From Candidatus Saganbacteria bacterium (GTDB lineage Bacteria > Margulisbacteria > WOR-1 > JAKLHX01), in contig JAPLKZ010000005.1 of assembly GCA_026387835.1 (NCBI GenBank), positions 180,001-212,000 on the forward strand: a stretch of 32,000 nucleotides of DNA. The letters are read 5' to 3'. The notes below the pieces were generated by a model. The model worked only from the letters and a program-made list of their open reading frames with translations, was not told the origin of the DNA and made no database searches. Positions within the stretch are counted from its first letter, which is position 1; the number at the start of each line of letters is the position of its first letter. Position numbers and translations under genes: made by a program. Below are positions 9,651 to 18,707 of the stretch, in pieces.

Positions 9651-10546
9651 GTTCTCTGTATAGTCCCGCTCAGGGCTTCCGCTCCTGTTTTTCTGGAAAC
9701 GATGACCCTTTCTATGCCATTGTGGTCTTCGAACACTTTGGGAGTTTCAAATTCGACGCTGTCATCTATCATCTTAACGATCTTCGAGGACTGGCCGATA
9801 CCGGCTTCGATTATCAGATACCCTGACGGGAAAAGATAAACGTGGGTCTTTGCAAAGATATTCCTGTAGAAATCCATCCCATCGGCTCCGCCGTCAAGTG
9901 CCTGGACCGGCTCATAGTTGGCGATCTCCGCCTGCAGGTTTTTTATTTCGCCGCTCGGGATATACGGCGGGTTTGAGACGATGATGTCGAACTTGTCTCC
10001 CTTATATTTTGAATCAAAAATATTGTCATGGATGAAAGTGATCCTGTCAGAGACGCAATGCTTTGCAGCGTTCCTTGCTGCTGTCTCTATCGCGGACTTT
10101 GAGATATCCGTGGCAGTGATATATGAATTTTTAAGATAATATGCAAGGCTGACCGAGACAGCCCCTGACCCCGTTCCAATATCGAGTATGCATATCCTGT
10201 CCTTCTTGATGTCTTTACCAGCATCGATCGTGATCTCAACAAGCCTTTCGGTCTCGGGCCTCGGAATCAGCACCGATGAGTCAACATCAAAATCAAGGGA
10301 CATGAAAGATCTCTTACCGGTGATATATGCTGTTGGTTCCTTTTTTGCCCTTCTTAATATAAGCTTCTTGAACGTCGCAAGTTCATCATCTTTCAGGACC
10401 CTCTCATGCTGGACGTACAGGTCGATCCTTTTCAGGCCGAGAGAGTGTGAGAGAAGTATCTCCGCTTCAAGGTGGGGATTTTCAATACCGTTCTTCTCAA
10501 AATACCCGGTGGTCCAGTCAAGGATGGAAGATATGGTCCAGGTCAT
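9647..10546 (-). CDS. prmC: Peptide chain release factor N5-glutamine methyltransferase
   Basis: ILDIGTGSGAVSVSLA SAM-binding motif, NPPYIP catalytic motif, and adjacency to prfA. Confidence 0.92.
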   Translation of the reverse strand: MTWTISSILDWTTGYFEKNGIENPHLEAEILLSHSLGLKRIDLYVQHERVLKDDELATFKKLILRRAKKEPTAYITGKRSFMSLDFDVDSSVLIPRPETERLVEITIDAGKDIKKDRICILDIGTGSGAVSVSLAYYLKNSYITATDISKSAIETAARNAAKHCVSDRITFIHDNIFDSKYKGDKFDIIVSNPPYIPSGEIKNLQAEIANYEPVQALDGGADGMDFYRNIFAKTHVYLFPSGYLIIEAGIGQSSKIVKMIDDSVEFETPKVFEDHNGIERVIVSRKTGAEALSGTIQRT

Positions 10547-11595
10547 TTTACCGATGCTTCCAGTTTAGCTATGCGGTCGGCAGAAGTGAGACCGTCGATA
10601 AGCTCATCGATAGCTCCGTCCATGACCTCCGTGATATTGAATACAGAAAGGCCTATCCGGTGGTCGGTGATCCTGTTCTGCGGAAAATTGTAAGTCCTTA
10701 TTTTTTCGCTCCTGTCGCCGCTGCCAACCTGTATCTTTCTCATCTGGCTGATCCCGTCTTTTCTTTTTGCCTCTTCAAGCTCGTAAAGCCGTGCTTTCAG
10801 GAACCTGAAAGCTTTTTCCTTGTTCTGGTGCTGGCTTCTTTCGTCCTGGCACTGTACGACGATGCCTGTCGGCATATGCGTTATCCTGATCGCCGTGCTC
10901 ACTTTGTTGACATTCTGCCCGCCGGCTCCGCCGGACCTGTAAACGTCGATCCGAATTTCTTTTTCATCTATTTTAATATCGACGTCTTCGACTTCCGGGA
11001 GCACCGCGACGGTCGCCGCCGAGGTATGTATCCTGCCCGAAGCCTCCGTAGCCGGGACACGCTGGACACGATGCGTGCCGCTCTCGTATTTCAACCGGCT
11101 GTAGGCCCCTTTGCCTAGTACCGCGAAGATGACTTCTTTGAAGCCTCCGAGACCCGTCGGGTTCGAGTCCATCATGTCGACTTTCCAGTTATGGCGCTCG
11201 GCATACCTGATATACATCCTGAAAAGCTGTCCCGCGAAAAGCGCGGCTTCCTCGCCGCCGGTCCCGGCCCTGATCTCCATGTAAATGTTCTTTTCATCGT
11301 TGGGGTCTTTCGGAAGGAGCAGGACTTCTATCTCTTTTTCAAGGGACATCATTTTTTCCGAAAGATCTTTATGAAGTTCCTTAAGCTCGGTATCTTTGGA
11401 GTCTTTTATGTCTTCGAGGTCTTCTGACGCGGCTTTATACTGCCTGTATTTATCCACGATCTCTTTGAGGTCAGAGAACTCCTTGCTGAATTTCTGGATC
11501 TTTTCCCTGTCCGCCAGGGTGTCGGGATGCGACAAGAGGGATTCAAGCTCTTTGTAGCGGTCTTCGAATTTTGTCAGTTTGACAACAAAGCTCAT
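10543..11595 (-). CDS. prfA: Peptide chain release factor 1 (RF1)
   Basis: GGQ motif context RSGGAGGQNVNKVSTAIRITHMPTG. 4-bp overlap with prmC. Confidence 0.95.
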   Translation of the reverse strand: MSFVVKLTKFEDRYKELESLLSHPDTLADREKIQKFSKEFSDLKEIVDKYRQYKAASEDLEDIKDSKDTELKELHKDLSEKMMSLEKEIEVLLLPKDPNDEKNIYMEIRAGTGGEEAALFAGQLFRMYIRYAERHNWKVDMMDSNPTGLGGFKEVIFAVLGKGAYSRLKYESGTHRVQRVPATEASGRIHTSAATVAVLPEVEDVDIKIDEKEIRIDVYRSGGAGGQNVNKVSTAIRITHMPTGIVVQCQDERSQHQNKEKAFRFLKARLYELEEAKRKDGISQMRKIQVGSGDRSEKIRTYNFPQNRITDHRIGLSVFNITEVMDGAIDELIDGLTSADRIAKLEASVK

Positions 11596-11623
11596 GGGAG
11601 TATTCTACGCAGCAGGAGACCTG

Positions 11624-11881
11624 CTACTTCTTTTTTTTATCTTTTTTCGGGGTTCTTATCTTCTTCTTTTTCGGAGTAAGTTCTTTAGCCGCATATTTCT
11701 TCTTGAATTTGTCCACCCTTCCTTCGGTATCAAGCAGTTTCTGTTTCCCGGTGAAAAGAGGGTGGCAGGCGCTGCAGATGTCCACGCGGATGCTTTCTTT
11801 TGTGGAGCCGATCTCGTACTGCGCGCCGCAGGCGCACTTGACCAGCACGGCATGGTATTTAGGGTGGATTTTTTCTTTCAT
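11624..11881 (-). CDS. rpmE: 50S ribosomal protein L31 (Cys-containing type) with Lys-rich extension
   Basis: [63 protein letters not shown]. Confidence 0.93.
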   Translation of the reverse strand: MKEKIHPKYHAVLVKCACGAQYEIGSTKESIRVDICSACHPLFTGKQKLLDTEGRVDKFKKKYAAKELTPKKKKIRTPKKDKKKK

Positions 11882-11882
11882 A

Positions 11883-11912
11883 TCGAAATTATATCACGGC
11901 AGAGTGTATAAT
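11883..11912 (+). promoter_or_regulatory. Candidate promoter of coaE: TCGAAA-N18-TATAAT
   Basis: TCGAAA 11883-11888 and TATAAT 11907-11912, 14 nt before the coaE ATG. Confidence 0.5.
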
Positions 11913-11917
11913 ATCAA
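11888..11917 (-). promoter_or_regulatory. Promoter of rpmE: TTGATA-N18-TATAAT, -10 ends 6 nt before ATG
   Basis: Minus strand: TTGATA (11917-11912), 18 nt, TATAAT (11893-11888), TTCGAT, ATG. Confidence 0.7.
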
Positions 11918-11926
11918 TAAACTGTC

Positions 11927-12520
11927 ATGAAGAACAAAAAATTGATAATAGGGGTGACCGGCCCGATAGCTTCGGGTAAAAGCCTGGCATGCAGAGCGTT
12001 GAGGTCCATGGGCTGCGGTGTTATCGACGCGGACCTGGTGGGCCATAAGTTGTTGAAAAGAGGCTCCCCGGCATTTAAAAAAGTCATTAATGCCTTCCCT
12101 GGAAAAGACATTTGCCGAGGAGCGCAGATCGACAGAAAAAAGCTGGGTGGTATTGTTTTCGGTGACAGGCGTATGCTGAAAAAGCTTGAAAGGATCACCC
12201 ATCCCTTGATAAAAAAAGAGATCGAACGCCGGATCTCAAAAATACAAAATAGAACTGTCGTGGTCAACGCGGCTGTGCTCGAAGAGATAGGGCTTGCCGG
12301 CAGCATGGACAAGATAATAGCCGTCGTCTCCGGTAAGGGTAAAAGGCTGGCACGGCTTATGAAGAAGATGTCCAGGACGCAGGCGCTTTCCCGCATGAGG
12401 GCTCAAAGGAGCGATAAGGATTATATTAAAAAAGCTGATGTCGTGATCAGGAACGATTCAAGTGCCGGAAATCTCATCAAAAAGACGAAAGAAGCCCTCA
12501 AAAAGATTATCCCAGGCTGA
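11927..12520 (+). CDS. coaE: Dephospho-CoA kinase
   Basis: P-loop IGVTGPIASGKS, CGVIDADLVGHKLL, HPLIKKEIERRI. Confidence 0.88.
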   Translation: MKNKKLIIGVTGPIASGKSLACRALRSMGCGVIDADLVGHKLLKRGSPAFKKVINAFPGKDICRGAQIDRKKLGGIVFGDRRMLKKLERITHPLIKKEIERRISKIQNRTVVVNAAVLEEIGLAGSMDKIIAVVSGKGKRLARLMKKMSRTQALSRMRAQRSDKDYIKKADVVIRNDSSAGNLIKKTKEALKKIIPG

Positions 12521-12573
12521 AGCCGCTCTTTAATTACGGTCGTAATAATACTGAGTAGCGAAGTTCAATATGT

Positions 12574-12579
12574 TAAAAT
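12574..12579 (+). promoter_or_regulatory. Candidate extended -10 (TGT-TAAAAT) upstream of glgA
   Basis: TATGTTAAAAT in the intergenic gap, with GGAGG Shine-Dalgarno following. Confidence 0.4.
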
Positions 12580-12595
12580 ACAAATGGAGGCTTGA

Positions 12596-14068
12596 ATGAA
12601 GATACTTGTCGTCTCATCGGAAATGGCGCCTTTTTCCAAGACAGGCGGGCTGGCGGATGTGATAGGCGCGCTTCCTAAATCTTTAAAGAAGATCGGGCAC
12701 GACGTAAGGGTGATCATACCTAAATATAAAATGACCGACAAAGGCGGTTTTATAACACATCCTCTGATGAAGGATATCAGCGTGGAGATCGGCCAGAAGA
12801 AATACAAATTCGATCTTTTTGAGACAAAACTCCCCGGCAGTGATGTAACGGTGTACCTGGTCGGCTGTGATGAATATTTTGACAGGGACGGTTTGTACCA
12901 GGAGAACGGGAAGGATTATCCTGATAATGCCGAAAGGTTCCTGTTTTTCTGCAAAGCCGTTCTCATATCGCTTAAATCAATGGGATGGGAACCTAATGTG
13001 GTCCACTGCAACGACTGGCAGTCGGCTTTTGTCGCGGCTTTTATTAAGACGATATATGCCAAAGACCCGTTCTTCAATACGATAGCGACGGTCTATACCA
13101 TCCATAATATGGGATACCTCGGCCTTTTCGCGGCCGACAAGATGCCGCTGACCGGACTGGGATGGGAATATTTCACACCGGATCTTCTGGAATTCTGGGG
13201 AAACCTCTGTTTCGCGAAAGCAGGCCTCGTCTACGCGGACGTGATCGGCACGGTCAGTGAGACATATTCAAAAGAAATCGCGCTGCCGGAATTCGGCTGC
13301 GGACTTGACGGGCTGATCAGGTCAAGGAAAGACGATATCTACGGCATAGTGAACGGTATCGATTATGAGGTCTGGGACCCCGAAAAAGACAAGGACATCA
13401 CGAGCAATTATTCATCTTCAAATCTCAGGGGAAAAGCGTCGGACAAAGCAGCCCTCAGAAAAAATCTGGGACTGAAAAACGAGAACGGTCCTGCTGTCAT
13501 AGGCATGGTGACCAGGATGGCAGACCAGAAAGGTTTTGACCTGTTAAGCGGGATATTTACAAAGATGATGTCCCTGCCCGTGCAGTTCGTACTGCTGGGA
13601 ACAGGCGAGCCGAAATACGAAAAGCAATTCCTGGCCTTTGCTAAAAAATATCAGGGAAAAGTCTCTGCCAATATCGGTTTTGACAGCGCCGCGGCGCCGC
13701 CCATATATGCGGGCTCTGATATGTTCCTGATGCCTTCCAGTTACGAGCCCTGCGGCCTGGGACAGCTTATAAGCTTCAAGTACGGGACGGTCCCCATAGT
13801 CAGAAAAACCGGAGGCCTGGCGGATACCGTTATCGATTATGATCCGTTGACCGAAGAGGGCAGCGGGTTTGTGTTCGCGGATTATTCTTGTGACGGCCTG
13901 TTTGACGCTGTCAAAAGGGCCGTGTCGTTATACGTGTCCGATAAAAAGAAATGGACATCCCTGGTCAAAAAAATAATGAAGTACGATTTTTCCTGGGATT
14001 CATCGGCAAAAAACTACATAAACCTCTATAAAAAAGCGATCGAGAACCTTTCCGTCAAAAATCATTAA
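12596..14068 (+). CDS. glgA: Glycogen/starch synthase (GT5)
   Basis: MKILVVSSEMAPFSKTGGLADVIGALPKSL, VHCNDWQSAFVA, MPSSYEPCGLGQLISFKYGTVPIVRKTGGLADTV. Confidence 0.95.
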   Translation: MKILVVSSEMAPFSKTGGLADVIGALPKSLKKIGHDVRVIIPKYKMTDKGGFITHPLMKDISVEIGQKKYKFDLFETKLPGSDVTVYLVGCDEYFDRDGLYQENGKDYPDNAERFLFFCKAVLISLKSMGWEPNVVHCNDWQSAFVAAFIKTIYAKDPFFNTIATVYTIHNMGYLGLFAADKMPLTGLGWEYFTPDLLEFWGNLCFAKAGLVYADVIGTVSETYSKEIALPEFGCGLDGLIRSRKDDIYGIVNGIDYEVWDPEKDKDITSNYSSSNLRGKASDKAALRKNLGLKNENGPAVIGMVTRMADQKGFDLLSGIFTKMMSLPVQFVLLGTGEPKYEKQFLAFAKKYQGKVSANIGFDSAAAPPIYAGSDMFLMPSSYEPCGLGQLISFKYGTVPIVRKTGGLADTVIDYDPLTEEGSGFVFADYSCDGLFDAVKRAVSLYVSDKKKWTSLVKKIMKYDFSWDSSAKNYINLYKKAIENLSVKNH

Positions 14069-14079
14069 GGAGGAAAGCC

Positions 14080-14817
14080 ATGTCCGGACATTCTAAATGG
14101 TCGACCATCAAAAGGGCAAAGGCAAAGACCGACGCGACCAGAGGAAAAATATTCTCAAAACTCGCGAGAGAGGTCACTGTGGCAGCAAAGACCGGAGGGG
14201 GAGACCCCGCGAGCAACGCGCGGCTGCGTCTTGTAGTGGACAAAGCCAAGGCAGCCAATATGCCTAAAGATAATATTGAAAGGGCCATAGCGAAAGGCGC
14301 GGGCGGAGGCGAAGGCAGTACCATTGAAGAATTTACTTATGAGGGATACGGGCCTGCCGGTTCCGCGGTGATAGTCGATGTGATGACGGACAACAAGAAC
14401 AGGACGCTCGGTGAAGTGCAGTTCATATTTTCAAAGCACGGCGGCAACATGGGGAAAGCGGGATGCGTTTCATGGCAGTTCACAAGGTGCGGGGTCATAA
14501 CCGCGGATAAAAGCAAAGTTAACGCGGAAAACCTCATGACCGACGCGATAGAGGCGGGAGCGGAAGATATCAACGATGAGGATGCCGCGATAGAGATAAA
14601 AACAAAACCGGAGAATTACGAAGCTGTCCTTAACGCCCTGAGAGCCAAAGGATACGAGTTCATCTCGAGCGAGATAACTCTTGTCCCCAATTCGACGATC
14701 AAAGTCGCGGGTGATGAGGCGAGGAAACTTCTCAAGCTCGTCGATGCGCTTGAGGAGCACGATGACGTCCAGAACGTCTACTCGAATTTCGAAATAGAGG
14801 ACGGGGCTATCGGATGA
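14080..14817 (+). CDS. YebC/PmpR family protein
   Basis: MSGHSKWSTIKRAKAKTDATRGKIFSKLAREVTVAAKTGGGDPASNARLR. Confidence 0.95.
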   Translation: MSGHSKWSTIKRAKAKTDATRGKIFSKLAREVTVAAKTGGGDPASNARLRLVVDKAKAANMPKDNIERAIAKGAGGGEGSTIEEFTYEGYGPAGSAVIVDVMTDNKNRTLGEVQFIFSKHGGNMGKAGCVSWQFTRCGVITADKSKVNAENLMTDAIEAGAEDINDEDAAIEIKTKPENYEAVLNALRAKGYEFISSEITLVPNSTIKVAGDEARKLLKLVDALEEHDDVQNVYSNFEIEDGAIG

Positions 14818-15536
14818 AATTAATAGCCGACCTTCATATCCACACCGTCTCTTCGGGACACGCTTATAACACCATCTATGAATATGCCGCTAAAGCGAAG
14901 AAAAAAGGCCTAAAATATATTGGCATGACAGACCACGGCCCTGCGATGGGAGGGGCCCCGCACCCATATCATTTTGCCAATCTGCATTCGCTTCCCGAAA
15001 AGATAAACGGCGTCAGGGTACTGAAAGGCATCGAGGCGAACATCATGGACAGTGAAGGGAACCTTGATCTCGCACATGAGTTCTTAAAAGATCTGGAACT
15101 GGTGATAGTCTCGTTCCATATAAATCTCGGTTATGACGGGAGCGATAAGAAAAAAAATACGGAAGCGCTTATCAAAGCGGTCAGGAACCCTAAAGTGAAC
15201 ATGATAGGGCATCCGGGAAACCCGCAGTTCGAAACGGATATAGAGGCGGTGGTGGAAGAATGCAAAAAGAACGGGGTGCTTATCGAGATAAACAACAGCA
15301 GTTTCTCCGGAATAATAAGACAGGGGAGCTGGGAGCCCTGCATCAGGTTCGCCAAAGCCGTCAAGAAGATCGGATGGAAGGTCTGCTTCAGCAGCGACGC
15401 GCACTGCCTGGCTCACCTGGCGGAGTTCGATAAGGCGGTCCAATTGGCAAAGGAAGCGGGGCTAAATCTTCAAGATATTGTCAATACTTCGGAAAAGATG
15501 ATAGAAAAGTTTGTCTTGGGTAAACAGCAGAATTGA
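14814..15536 (+). CDS. PHP-domain phosphatase/phosphoesterase (YcdX-like)
   Basis: DLHIHTVSSGHAYNTIYEYAAKAKKKGLKYIGMTDHGPAMGGAPHPYHF, and SSDAHCLAHLAEFDKA. 4-bp overlap with the YebC-family gene. Confidence 0.88.
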   Translation: MKLIADLHIHTVSSGHAYNTIYEYAAKAKKKGLKYIGMTDHGPAMGGAPHPYHFANLHSLPEKINGVRVLKGIEANIMDSEGNLDLAHEFLKDLELVIVSFHINLGYDGSDKKKNTEALIKAVRNPKVNMIGHPGNPQFETDIEAVVEECKKNGVLIEINNSSFSGIIRQGSWEPCIRFAKAVKKIGWKVCFSSDAHCLAHLAEFDKAVQLAKEAGLNLQDIVNTSEKMIEKFVLGKQQN

Positions 15537-15622
15537 TCATTCATAACCGGACACTAAGCGAATTCAGGCACTGCACTGTTAAGTCGAGCCGACTATATAT
15601 AATATAGTATAATATATATCGT

Positions 15623-18436
15623 ATGCCATCCGAACAGAACATAATCATCAAGGGCGCGAGGACACACAATCTCAAGAATATAGATGTAGTGATACCACGC
15701 GGGAAACTTGTAGTGATAACCGGGCTTTCCGGTTCCGGCAAATCTTCGCTTGCTTTCGACACGATATACGCCGAAGGCCAGAGAAGGTACGTTGAATCAC
15801 TTTCCGCATATGCAAGGCAGTTCCTCGAGCAGATGCAGAAACCGGATGTCGATTCAATAGACGGCCTTTCACCGTCTATCTCTATTGAGCAGAGATCCCC
15901 GAGCAGGAACCCGAGATCTACTGTCGGGACGATAACCGAGATCTATGATTACCTGAGATTGCTGTTTGCAAATATCGGGAAACCTTTCTGCCCCAACTGC
16001 GGGAAGAAAATAGAAAAGCAGAGCGCTTCACAGATCGTAGATTCAATATTTGCTTCCCGGGCCGGAGAAAAACTGCAGATACTTGCTCCTGTCGTATCAG
16101 GAAGAAAAGGTGAATACAGGGACGTGTTCGAGTCTGTTTCAAAGGACGGATTTGTGCGGGTGAGGGTGGACGGAAAGATATTAGAGCTCGAAGAAAAGAT
16201 AAAGCTCGACAAGAACAGAAAGCATAATATCGAGATCGTGATCGACAGGATAAAGATACTTCCGGAGAACCGCAAAAGGGTGTTTGATTCAGTCGAGACC
16301 GCTCTGAAGTTCGGCAAGGGGCTTGTCGGTGTCGTCAACGAGAAGGGCTTGTCACAGGTATACAGCGAAAAATTCAACTGCCCTTCATGCGGTACAGGCC
16401 TTGAAGAGATCAGCCCGAGGATATTTTCTTTCAACACCCCATACGGGGCCTGCCCTCAGTGCACGGGGCTCGGTTCATCGCTTGAATTCGATCCGGACCT
16501 GATAATCCCTGACAAGCATCTTTCAATAAACGAAGGCGCGATCGCGCCGATAAAAAAGCCGTCGCCTTATTACGCGCACCAGCTTCTTGCGCTGGCGAGG
16601 GAATATAAGTTCAGCCTAGACACTCCCATAAATAAGTTATCGAAAGCCCAGTTGAATATAGTGCTTTACGGGAGCGAGGAGCCGATCCATTACAGGTATG
16701 AATGGAAAAGAGGTTTCGGGGAGTATGATGACGTATATGAAGGGATAATAAATCTGCTGCGGCGCAGATACACGACCACGCAGTCTGAGCATGTAAGGTT
16801 CCACCTCCACAGGTTCATGAGCCCTGTCCCGTGCACGAAATGCAAAGGCGAGCGGCTGAAACCTGAAAGTCTCTCTATTAAGATCCAAGATAAGAATATC
16901 GCGCAGGTAAGCGCCATGGATGTCGAAGCGCTCACTGCGTTCATTGACAGCCTGAAGCTTACGGAAAACGAGAAGATAATTTCAAGGCAGATTTTGAAAG
17001 AAATAAAGCTCAGGCTGAAATTTCTTCTTGATGTGGGATTGAACTACCTTTCGATGAACAGGGAGACATGGACGCTTTCCGGCGGGGAAGCACAGAGGAC
17101 CCGCCTTGCAACTCAGATAGGTTCCGGTCTCGTAGGAGTCCTCTACATTCTTGACGAGCCGAGCATCGGGCTTCACCAGAGGGATAACAAGAGACTGATA
17201 GCAACGCTTGAAAAACTCCGTGACCTGGGCAATACAGTGATAGTCGTGGAGCATGACGAAGAAATAATAAGGTCATCTGACCATATCATAGATATCGGGC
17301 CCGGAGCGGGAATACACGGAGGAAAAGTCGTCGTGGCCGGATCTTTAAATAAGGTCATCCACTCTGAAAATTCGATAACAGGCGATTATTTAAGCGGAAG
17401 ATCAAAGATCGATATCCCGCGGGAAAGAAGGGCAGGCAACGGAAAATATCTGACCGTAAAGGGAGCAAAACACAATAATCTTAAGGACATAACGGTCGAT
17501 CTTCCTCTGGGAAAGTTCATCTGCGTAACGGGAGTCTCGGGGTCCGGTAAAAGTTCGCTGGTGAACGATGTCCTTTACACCGCGCTGGCAAAAAAGTTCT
17601 ACAGGTCCGCAGCAAAACCGGGCGAGCATGAAGAGATAAAAGGCGATGAAAATATCGACAAGGTGATCATAATCGATCAGTCGCCGATAGGCCGAACGCC
17701 GAGGTCCAACCCCGCGACTTACACAAAGGCTTTTGACCACATAAGGGACATCTTCGCGCTGAGCAGCGAAGCAAAAGTGAGGGGTTATCAGAAAGGAAGG
17801 TTCTCTTTCAATGTAAAGGGCGGCAGGTGCGAGACCTGTGGCGGAGGGGGACTTATTAAGATAGAGATGCATTTCCTGCCCGACGTGTACGTGCGGTGCG
17901 ATGAGTGCAAAGGCATGAGATATAACAAGGAGACCCTCGATATAAGGTACAAGGGTAAGAATATCGCGGAAGTCCTGGACATGACCGTGGAAGAGGCCCT
18001 GCAGCTTTTTGATAAAGTTCCGCACATAAAAAACAAGCTCAAGGTACTGAGCGAAGTCGGACTTAACTATATCCATCTCGGGCAGTCCGCGACGACCCTT
18101 TCCGGAGGAGAAGCGCAGAGAGTGAAACTTTCGACGGAACTCTCCCACAGGAGCACCGGAAAGACCTTGTATATATTGGACGAACCGACTACAGGGCTGC
18201 ATTTTGAGGATGTAAAGAAACTTCTGGAGGTCCTCGGAAAACTTACGGACGCCGGCAATACTGTCCTCGTCATCGAGCACAACCTTGACGTTATCAAAGT
18301 TTCGGATTATATTATTGATTTAGGGCCCGAAGGAGGCCATAATGGAGGATATATAATAGGGAAAGGGACCCCGGAAGAACTGGCCGGGAACAGAAAAAGC
18401 TTTACGGGACATTTTCTTAAGAAATATTTCGGCTGA
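15623..18436 (+). CDS. uvrA: Excinuclease ABC subunit A
   Basis: Two ABC ATPase halves, zinc-finger cysteines (CPNCGKK; CETCGGGG...CDECKG), two LSGGE(A)QR signatures. Confidence 0.97.
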   Translation: MPSEQNIIIKGARTHNLKNIDVVIPRGKLVVITGLSGSGKSSLAFDTIYAEGQRRYVESLSAYARQFLEQMQKPDVDSIDGLSPSISIEQRSPSRNPRSTVGTITEIYDYLRLLFANIGKPFCPNCGKKIEKQSASQIVDSIFASRAGEKLQILAPVVSGRKGEYRDVFESVSKDGFVRVRVDGKILELEEKIKLDKNRKHNIEIVIDRIKILPENRKRVFDSVETALKFGKGLVGVVNEKGLSQVYSEKFNCPSCGTGLEEISPRIFSFNTPYGACPQCTGLGSSLEFDPDLIIPDKHLSINEGAIAPIKKPSPYYAHQLLALAREYKFSLDTPINKLSKAQLNIVLYGSEEPIHYRYEWKRGFGEYDDVYEGIINLLRRRYTTTQSEHVRFHLHRFMSPVPCTKCKGERLKPESLSIKIQDKNIAQVSAMDVEALTAFIDSLKLTENEKIISRQILKEIKLRLKFLLDVGLNYLSMNRETWTLSGGEAQRTRLATQIGSGLVGVLYILDEPSIGLHQRDNKRLIATLEKLRDLGNTVIVVEHDEEIIRSSDHIIDIGPGAGIHGGKVVVAGSLNKVIHSENSITGDYLSGRSKIDIPRERRAGNGKYLTVKGAKHNNLKDITVDLPLGKFICVTGVSGSGKSSLVNDVLYTALAKKFYRSAAKPGEHEEIKGDENIDKVIIIDQSPIGRTPRSNPATYTKAFDHIRDIFALSSEAKVRGYQKGRFSFNVKGGRCETCGGGGLIKIEMHFLPDVYVRCDECKGMRYNKETLDIRYKGKNIAEVLDMTVEEALQLFDKVPHIKNKLKVLSEVGLNYIHLGQSATTLSGGEAQRVKLSTELSHRSTGKTLYILDEPTTGLHFEDVKKLLEVLGKLTDAGNTVLVIEHNLDVIKVSDYIIDLGPEGGHNGGYIIGKGTPEELAGNRKSFTGHFLKKYFG

Positions 18437-18473
18437 TAGCGCGAGAATTTTCAAAAAACTGAGGAGGTGAAAT

Positions 18474-18701
18474 ATGCCGGATGTAACACCGTTACAGGAT
18501 TTCGGATACGTGGAGAAGAACAAAGATACCCGCTTCATTTTGACCACTTCTGAATGGAGGGGGAATACGTATGTCGATCTCAGGGAATACTACCAGACGT
18601 CTGATGAGCCTCGCGAGTGGCTTCCGACCAAAAAGGGCGTCAGGTTCAGGAAGGACCTGCTTGACAACGTACTGAAACTCTTAGAAAAAGCGAAAGAATA
18701 A
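18474..18701 (+). CDS. Transcriptional coactivator p15 (PC4)-like ssDNA-binding protein
   Basis: 75 aa with TYVDLREYYQ...REWLPTKKGVRFRKDLLDNVLKLLEKA, a PC4-like pattern. GAGGAGG Shine-Dalgarno. Confidence 0.7.
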   Translation: MPDVTPLQDFGYVEKNKDTRFILTTSEWRGNTYVDLREYYQTSDEPREWLPTKKGVRFRKDLLDNVLKLLEKAKE

Positions 18702-18707
18702 CCATCC

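Noticed and set aside
10447-11118. 223-aa plus-strand ORF antisense to prfA/prmC
   Set aside because: Opposite strand of strongly conserved RF1 sequence, and no protein-like features.
17402-18280. 292-aa minus-strand ORF antisense to uvrA
   Set aside because: It lies fully inside the clearly coding uvrA frame; the translation has no recognisable domain and is typical of shadow ORFs.
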